From a virus (taxonomy: Duplodnaviria > Caudoviricetes), in the IMG/VR virus record IMGVR_UViG_3300036975_000021, positions 1-31,739 of that record: a stretch of 31,739 bases of DNA. One strand, 5' to 3'. The notes beneath the pieces are model-generated. The model was not told where the DNA came from. It saw nothing but the letters and a program-made list of their open reading frames with translations, and searched no databases. The translations under genes were made by a program, and so were the position numbers. Position 1 is the stretch's first letter; every line of letters starts with the position of its first letter. Below are positions 26,970 through 31,739 of the stretch, in pieces.

Positions 26970-27176
26970 ATGAGCGAGCCCCTTGACCCGCTATGCGTCA
27001 AGCATCGCGACGGGTGGTGCATGGTTCGCGGGAAAGCCACCGATGCGATGGCCAACGTCAAGACACAATGCGGCATGTACGTCTGGTTTCATCATGGCCT
27101 CGAACGCCGAAAGCCAGACTGTCCTGAATGCCTGCGATTGTTGAAAGCGAGGCGCGCGGAGGAAGCGAAATCATGA
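26970..27176 (+). CDS. small Cys-containing, probably zinc-binding protein
   Basis: GGAGGAG SD; TQCG...PDCPEC. Confidence 0.65.
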   Translation: MSEPLDPLCVKHRDGWCMVRGKATDAMANVKTQCGMYVWFHHGLERRKPDCPECLRLLKARRAEEAKS

Positions 27177-27733
27177 CCACACTCACACTCACAGTCACTG
27201 CCAACGACATCATAGCCCGCGGGCCATGCCTCCCAGAATACCCGCCGGAACGGGTGCAATCGCTAATGGCGTCTCGCGATAGCTGGTCGGCCGTGCAGAT
27301 TCTGCGCGAGATCGATGTGCCGCCACATGCCTTGTTGTGGGCTGTCCTAGATGAGTCCCTGATTCCCGTCGATACCCTGCATGAGTTTGGTTGTCGTTGC
27401 ACCGAGAGGCGATTGCTTGCCGAACGTGATGCCGGCCGGGAGCCGGATCCACGAACTTGGACCGCGATCTCGATGAAGCGCGAATGGTTAGCTGGCAGAG
27501 CGTCAGTTGAACAGTTGCGGATAGCGGCGGAGTCGGCATGGTCGGCGGCGCAGGCTGCGGCGCAGGCGGCGGGGTTGTCGCTGATGGTGGTTGAGGCGCA
27601 TGAGGCTGCGATAGCTGCGCACTGGGTGGCGACGCATACGGAGCCGTGGGCGGCTATTCCGCCTGGGGTGTGGGCCGCTGAGCCGGAATGGCAGGTGTCC
27701 GAGTTACTACGGATGCTGGAGGAGGCGGCATGA
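27173..27733 (+). CDS. Ala-rich helical phage protein (Imm5-like pattern)
   Basis: ATGA coupling; LHEFGCRCTER...EPDPRTWTAISMKREWLAG followed by AAW/AAQ repeats. Confidence 0.7.
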   Translation: MTTLTLTVTANDIIARGPCLPEYPPERVQSLMASRDSWSAVQILREIDVPPHALLWAVLDESLIPVDTLHEFGCRCTERRLLAERDAGREPDPRTWTAISMKREWLAGRASVEQLRIAAESAWSAAQAAAQAAGLSLMVVEAHEAAIAAHWVATHTEPWAAIPPGVWAAEPEWQVSELLRMLEEAA

Positions 27734-27960
27734 GCCAACGACTGCTGACAATCAAGGCAAATGAACACAGGCACGTCATTCGCTACGCGCCTGGCGACGA
27801 AGACGAGGTGGCCGTGGAACTCCAGCGACTGGTTGACGATGGGCAACTGACGCTCGCACGCGCAGAAGAATTTCTGAGAATGATGGCCATTGATGTCGCG
27901 ATGAAGAGGTGTTCGCCTGAATTGATGCGTCGGACCGAGGCGCTGAAACGGCACTATTGA
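27730..27960 (+). CDS. small hypothetical protein
   Basis: GGAGGAGG SD and ATGA overlap. Confidence 0.7.
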   Translation: MSQRLLTIKANEHRHVIRYAPGDEDEVAVELQRLVDDGQLTLARAEEFLRMMAIDVAMKRCSPELMRRTEALKRHY

Positions 27961-28008
27961 CGAACTGAGGATGGCAGACGAATCTGCGAAACGGATCGGA
28001 GGCTCGTC

Positions 28009-28107
28009 ATGCTGGTAGAGTGTGCATGTTGCGGCGCCGAATTTTGGGCAGACGATTGTATAGAGGCAACGTGCCCAGAGTGCGGTGCGATGTTTGACGT
28101 GTGGTGA
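28009..28107 (+). CDS. 32-aa zinc-ribbon microprotein (not in the ORF track)
   Basis: GGAGG SD; MLVECACCGAEFWADDCIEATCPECGAMFDVW. Confidence 0.65.
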   Translation: MLVECACCGAEFWADDCIEATCPECGAMFDVW

Positions 28108-28139
28108 TGATGGAAAACGCTGGTTCGTTCCAGCCCGAC

Positions 28140-28301
28140 TGATGCACGGCTAGACGAGGTCGCCGTCGGACGGATCGGGATTTGCCATCTCGGACGGATG
28201 CCTCGGGTTGGTCTGTGGAGCTAGATCGGCAGCCTGGCAATTCCATTGGCCAATAAGCCTGAATCGACAGGAGCCCAAAATTCGGCGGCAGCCGTGCATC
28301 A
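28140..28301 (+). ncRNA. candidate structured RNA, about 160 nt
   Basis: Perfect 12-bp closing stem TGATGCACGGCT/AGCCGTGCATCA enclosing several hairpins; no credible ORF; strand assumed from context. Confidence 0.45.
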
Positions 28302-28304
28302 AAC

Positions 28305-28328
28305 CGGGCGTGAGCCCGAGGAGGATAG
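28305..28328 (+). repeat. 24-bp direct repeat copy 1 (GNRA hairpin plus SD)
   Basis: CGGGCGTGAGCCCGAGGAGGATAG, identical at 31037..31060. Confidence 0.9.
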
Positions 28329-28331
28329 ACG

Positions 28332-28592
28332 ATGACGGAGAAGGTCAAGGAACTCCAACAGAAGATCGAACGCCTACGGGATCTGGAAAAGGATCTTGAT
28401 TGGGCCTCGTTGATGGCAACCGGCACGATCCATCGCATCACCATCACGCCAGTGAAATGTGGCCCGTTCGACGTCCCGGAGTGCCTGTGGGACACGATCC
28501 AGGCAATCATGGGTGGACATGTGGCCAAGCTCCGCCGCGAGGTCGACGCACTCACGGCTGAACTCGAATCGATGCTACCCGCTCAGTGGTAG
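28332..28592 (+). CDS. small coiled-coil protein, paralogue of 31063..31311
   Basis: AGGAGG SD; shares P-x-C-x-x-D and DAL-x-AELESM-x-PA with the second copy. Confidence 0.75.
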   Translation: MTEKVKELQQKIERLRDLEKDLDWASLMATGTIHRITITPVKCGPFDVPECLWDTIQAIMGGHVAKLRREVDALTAELESMLPAQW

Positions 28593-28625
28593 CGCTGCGT
28601 GGCCTATATCCAGGAGCATGAGAAC

Positions 28626-28838
28626 ATGATGCTACTCGCGTCAATACTCTGTCTGATCGGTGCGATTGGATCTGCCGCAGCCGCAAATTGGTTCTATGAT
28701 GATAGCCGGCCTCTGTGCATGCTGTTCGCGACAGAAGCCGGCGTGGCACTCTGTATAGGGACAATCGACCTCTTTATGTGGTATTTCGGCTTGAGCGTCG
28801 TTAACGTTGATCGACTTCTGGCATCGCTGACGGGGTAG
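28626..28838 (+). CDS. small membrane protein (2 TM)
   Basis: AGGAG before ATG 28626; two hydrophobic segments. Confidence 0.55.
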   Translation: MMLLASILCLIGAIGSAAAANWFYDDSRPLCMLFATEAGVALCIGTIDLFMWYFGLSVVNVDRLLASLTG

Positions 28839-28842
28839 GGTA

Positions 28843-29097
28843 ATGGACTCCGACCTACTACTGCAACAGGGCATCGTGACGGTTGATCTCGTTGCAGGGT
28901 TTATCAAGGCGCACGTCGACGTTCGGAGTACGCCGAACGAGGGTGAGCTTGCCCAGTGGCAGCGCATGCTCGACGACGCCGGCCTGATGTTCGCCGGCGT
29001 GGAACCAGAGCCGACGAGTGCGGCAAACGAGGACCCGCAATACGAGAGCGAGCTTGTCGAGGCGGATAGGGTGATTGGCCGAATCAGGGGGAAGTGA
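28843..29097 (+). CDS. small acidic hypothetical protein
   Basis: Tightly packed between neighbours; overlaps the next start. Confidence 0.6.
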   Translation: MDSDLLLQQGIVTVDLVAGFIKAHVDVRSTPNEGELAQWQRMLDDAGLMFAGVEPEPTSAANEDPQYESELVEADRVIGRIRGK

Positions 29098-29276
29098 TGA
29101 CGACGGCTGAGCGGAGGATCGTAGAGGCAATGGCTGGGCGGACATCTGGTATGAGCCAGCATGAGATCGACTTCATCCAGGACATGCATGCGATGCGTTG
29201 GTCTCGATCGGAACTGAACGACAATCAGCGGCAGACACTCCGGCGAATAGGACGACGGTTTGGTCTGTGCCGATGA
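29094..29276 (+). CDS. small hypothetical protein
   Basis: Coupled start; MSQHEIDFIQDM...LNDNQRQTLRRI is a pattern common in small phage proteins. Confidence 0.65.
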   Translation: MMTTAERRIVEAMAGRTSGMSQHEIDFIQDMHAMRWSRSELNDNQRQTLRRIGRRFGLCR

Positions 29277-29297
29277 CACATTGACAAGCGCGATTAA

Positions 29298-29660
29298 GGC
29301 CCAGGCTGTGGCCGCGGAGTCAGGGCGGTGCGAACAGCACAAACAGCCGTTGAGCGCGATCGACGGTGACCGTGGCATGTTGACAAGCAAATAGAGTGCG
29401 CCCCGTGCGGTGTGGCCGCACCGTTCGAGCCCTACTGAGCCGGGTTGGTCCACTCGGTGCGAGGCCCATGAAAGGGACGATGGCGACAGGATGTCGCCAT
29501 GCCGTCGCGACACTCCGTCGGCCGGCGGTTGGGTTAGGGTCCGTTACGGGGCGCATGTTGAATCGGTCGCTGCTCGCATGCGGCTGTGACACCTGCCCCT
29601 GCCCGAGCTGCCGGAAACGGCGGCGCCCCGTGGGTGATTGAGCCTGCGGGGCCAGGGGCA
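29298..29660 (+). ncRNA. candidate large structured RNA / 5' leader, about 360 nt
   Basis: 416-nt intergenic gap with nested long-range stems, G-U pairs and a GAAA tetraloop consistent with folding of the + strand. Confidence 0.5.
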
Positions 29661-29692
29661 GCAACTTAGAGACAGAGACATGGAGATGAGAT

Positions 29693-31009
29693 ATGAGCAG
29701 ACTCAAACGACTGATGGTCAAGGACACGATGCGAGTACAGACCATCGATCTCGACGTGAACGGTAGGCCCTTAGTTGTGGTCGGTGGCGACAACGGGAAT
29801 GGCAAGTCGTCTCTGATCACCGGCGCACGCATGGCCTTGTTCGGCGGGAAGTTCATCCCAGACAAGCCGGTCCGTAAAGGCGCCAAAAGGGCAGTACAGG
29901 TCGCTGAGTTTGACGACATGACCGTTGAACACAGTATAACGGCTGGTGGGTCCGTCAAGCTCGTGGTCAAAGGTAAGGACGGCAACCCACTGCCTGGCGG
30001 GCCCCGCGCTCTTTTGGCCAAGGCGTTCGGCGCCCAGCCAGTAGACGCCCTGGCGTTCTCCGAGATGGACCACAAGAAGCAGATGGAGACGCTGCGGGGC
30101 CTGGTCGGCCTGGACCTGTCGGAGATCGACGCGAATACCGAAGAGGCGTTTGAGAAGCGCACGGAGACCAACCGTGAGATCAAGGCGCTTAAGAATCGGC
30201 TTGATGCGACGACATACCACGATGACGCACCAGAGGAAGAGGTCTCCATTGCGGACCTGACGCGTCAGTTGAGCGAGGCGCGTCGTACGGCGGACACGAA
30301 TCGGGAGGCGAGGGAGGATTTGGAGTCACTCCAATCAAGGCGCGACGATGGCGCAACGATCCTCAAGAACATCGAAGCGGAGATCCACTGCCTGCAACAG
30401 AAGATGCGCCAGCATGAAGATGCCCTCGGCAACCTAGACAACGCGATCAAGGCGCAGGAAAACGAGGTCGCCTCACTTGTCGATCCAGACCTCGACGCAA
30501 TCGAGGCCAAGCTTGCCGAGGCCGACGAATGCAACGAGAAGGTCCGGGATAATCGGGCACATGCCAAGGTGAGCGAGGATCTCAAATCGGCAACGAATGA
30601 ATCCGAGGAACTGACCCGCTTGATCGACACCCTCCGCGAACGCCGTGAACAGATGATCGCCGAAGCCGAGATGCCCATCGACGGTCTCGGGTTCTCGGAC
30701 GAGGGATACGTGACGTTTGGGGGATTCCCCTTGAGCCAGACGTGCGACTCCGACAAGCTGCTAATTGGTGTTGCCGTGGCGCTGAAAATGGCCGGCGACC
30801 ACAAAGTTCTGTTGGTCGAGAACGGAGAGAAGCTCGACAATGGGCGGCTTCCAATCCTCGCACAGATGGCCGAGGAGGCCGGGGCAACGATCCTGATGGA
30901 ACGACGATCGACTGGCAGCGAATGCACAATCGTTATCGAGGACGGGGCGCTGGCACAGCCTGCGGTCCAGCCCGACATCGGCTCGGGCAACAAGCCCCCG
31001 GTTTCATAG
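29693..31009 (+). CDS. SbcC/Rad50/SMC-like AAA ATPase with central coiled coil
   Basis: Walker A GDNGNGKSS, long coiled coil, degenerate signature LSQTCDSD and Walker B VLLVENGE. Confidence 0.85.
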   Translation: MSRLKRLMVKDTMRVQTIDLDVNGRPLVVVGGDNGNGKSSLITGARMALFGGKFIPDKPVRKGAKRAVQVAEFDDMTVEHSITAGGSVKLVVKGKDGNPLPGGPRALLAKAFGAQPVDALAFSEMDHKKQMETLRGLVGLDLSEIDANTEEAFEKRTETNREIKALKNRLDATTYHDDAPEEEVSIADLTRQLSEARRTADTNREAREDLESLQSRRDDGATILKNIEAEIHCLQQKMRQHEDALGNLDNAIKAQENEVASLVDPDLDAIEAKLAEADECNEKVRDNRAHAKVSEDLKSATNESEELTRLIDTLRERREQMIAEAEMPIDGLGFSDEGYVTFGGFPLSQTCDSDKLLIGVAVALKMAGDHKVLLVENGEKLDNGRLPILAQMAEEAGATILMERRSTGSECTIVIEDGALAQPAVQPDIGSGNKPPVS

Positions 31010-31036
31010 GGTGTGGCCGGGGGCCTTGGAATCAAT

Positions 31037-31060
31037 CGGGCGTGAGCCCGAGGAGGATAG
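31037..31060 (+). repeat. 24-bp direct repeat copy 2
   Basis: Identical to 28305..28328. Confidence 0.9.
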
Positions 31061-31062
31061 CG

Positions 31063-31311
31063 ATGACTCTAGACGAGCTGAAGGAGAAGCTGAGGGAGCT
31101 TGATGAGGCACGCAGGTCAATCGCCACCACAACACAGTATCTTGCTGGCGAAGGGGCATATGTCAGCATCGTAAGCGGAAGCGGCCATGGCGTGCGTGCG
31201 CCTGATTGCATGCAAGACGCATTGTTGGCTCTCATCATATCTGGCCTCAAGACGATGGAGGACGAGGCCGATGCGCTGCAGGCTGAACTCGAATCGATGC
31301 GGCCAGCTTAA
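31063..31311 (+). CDS. small coiled-coil protein, paralogue of 28332..28592
   Basis: AGGAGG SD before ATG 31063; ends DALQAELESMRPA. Confidence 0.75.
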   Translation: MTLDELKEKLRELDEARRSIATTTQYLAGEGAYVSIVSGSGHGVRAPDCMQDALLALIISGLKTMEDEADALQAELESMRPA

Positions 31312-31323
31312 CTTCGGGGCACG

Positions 31324-31355
31324 CCCGGCCCCTTGCCGCAAGCGGGGGCCGGGCT
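31324..31355 (+). other. GC-rich intergenic hairpin without U-tract
   Basis: GCCCGGCCCC...GGGGCCGGGC just upstream of the exonuclease SD. Confidence 0.55.
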
Positions 31356-31365
31356 GGAGATTGAG

Positions 31366-31739
31366 ATGCCGATCACTGAATCACAGAGACGGGCCAGGAT
31401 CAAGCATCTTGGTGGCTCTGACATCGCCGCAATCCTCGGTGTCGACCCGTTCCGTGGCGCCGGGGACGTATGGCTTGAAAAGACAGGCCAACTCACTGAG
31501 CCCGCGGAACAGACGGAGCCAATGCTGGCTGGCACGCTGTTCGAACCGAGCATCCGCCAATGGGCGGAGGCCAAGCTTGGCAGGCTCCTTCCGAATCAGT
31601 ATCGAAGTGCCCCGGGCCTTCCGATCGGCGCCAACCTAGACGCCATCGCGGTAGACGAGGATCCGAATCGCCCTGTCGAGATCAAGACTGGCGGGCTTTA
31701 CGGACCGCTCAATGCTGCGTGGGGAGACGATGGTACTGA
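31366..31739 (+). CDS. YqaJ-like viral recombination exonuclease (runs off the window end; not in the ORF track)
   Basis: Hand translation RIKHLGGSDIAAILGVDPF...VWLEKTG...GTLFEP...ANLDA...VEIKT gives the lambda-exonuclease family motifs. Confidence 0.92.
   Translation, partial: MPITESQRRARIKHLGGSDIAAILGVDPFRGAGDVWLEKTGQLTEPAEQTEPMLAGTLFEPSIRQWAEAKLGRLLPNQYRSAPGLPIGANLDAIAVDEDPNRPVEIKTGGLYGPLNAAWGDDGT

Noticed and set aside
28119-28146. tRNA T-arm or hammerhead core (GGTTCG, CTGATG)
   Set aside because: Loop size is wrong and there is no cloverleaf; CTGATGC is not CUGAUGA and no correctly placed GAAA follows
29396-29641. 81-aa ORF with a C-terminal Cys cluster
   Set aside because: No SD, Arg/Gly/Pro-rich off-frame composition, and it coincides with the densest base-pairing; not fully excluded
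29298-29660. RNase P RNA, tmRNA, group I/II intron or c4 antisense RNA
   Set aside because: No GAGGAAAGUCC, no tRNA-like CCA end, no domain V or P7 motifs and no U-rich c4 features were found by eye

Overview
This window is a continuous, almost entirely + strand segment of a GC-rich tailed phage or prophage with siphovirus-type organisation. About 1-20.9 kb is a morphogenesis region: Nu1-like TerS, GpA-family TerL, a double zinc-ribbon protein, a gpW-like adaptor, a lambda-type portal, a protease-scaffold-capsid fusion, a DUF2190-like decoration protein, head-tail connectors, tail tube, a tail chaperone with a clear -1 frameshift site, tape measure and tail-tip genes. About 20.9-25.1 kb is a lysis/envelope block with holin-like genes, lipoproteins and a DNA methyltransferase. 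It has no recognisable endolysin, but a signal-peptide-bearing PL10 pectate-lyase-like gene sits next to the holin. From 25.2 kb to the end is an early/accessory region. It contains divergent sigma70-type promoters, two apparently leaderless genes (a Tat-exported peptide and an Arc-like RHH protein absent from the ORF track) and an acr-aca-like operon of small genes with repeated start cassettes. It also has two long, highly self-complementary non-coding tracts (candidate ncRNAs), a paralogue pair with identical ends, an SbcC-like ATPase and a YqaJ-like exonuclease cut by the window edge. A Planctomycetota (Phycisphaerae-like) host is a weak inference. All calls come from reading the sequence by eye; no searches or folding computations were run.
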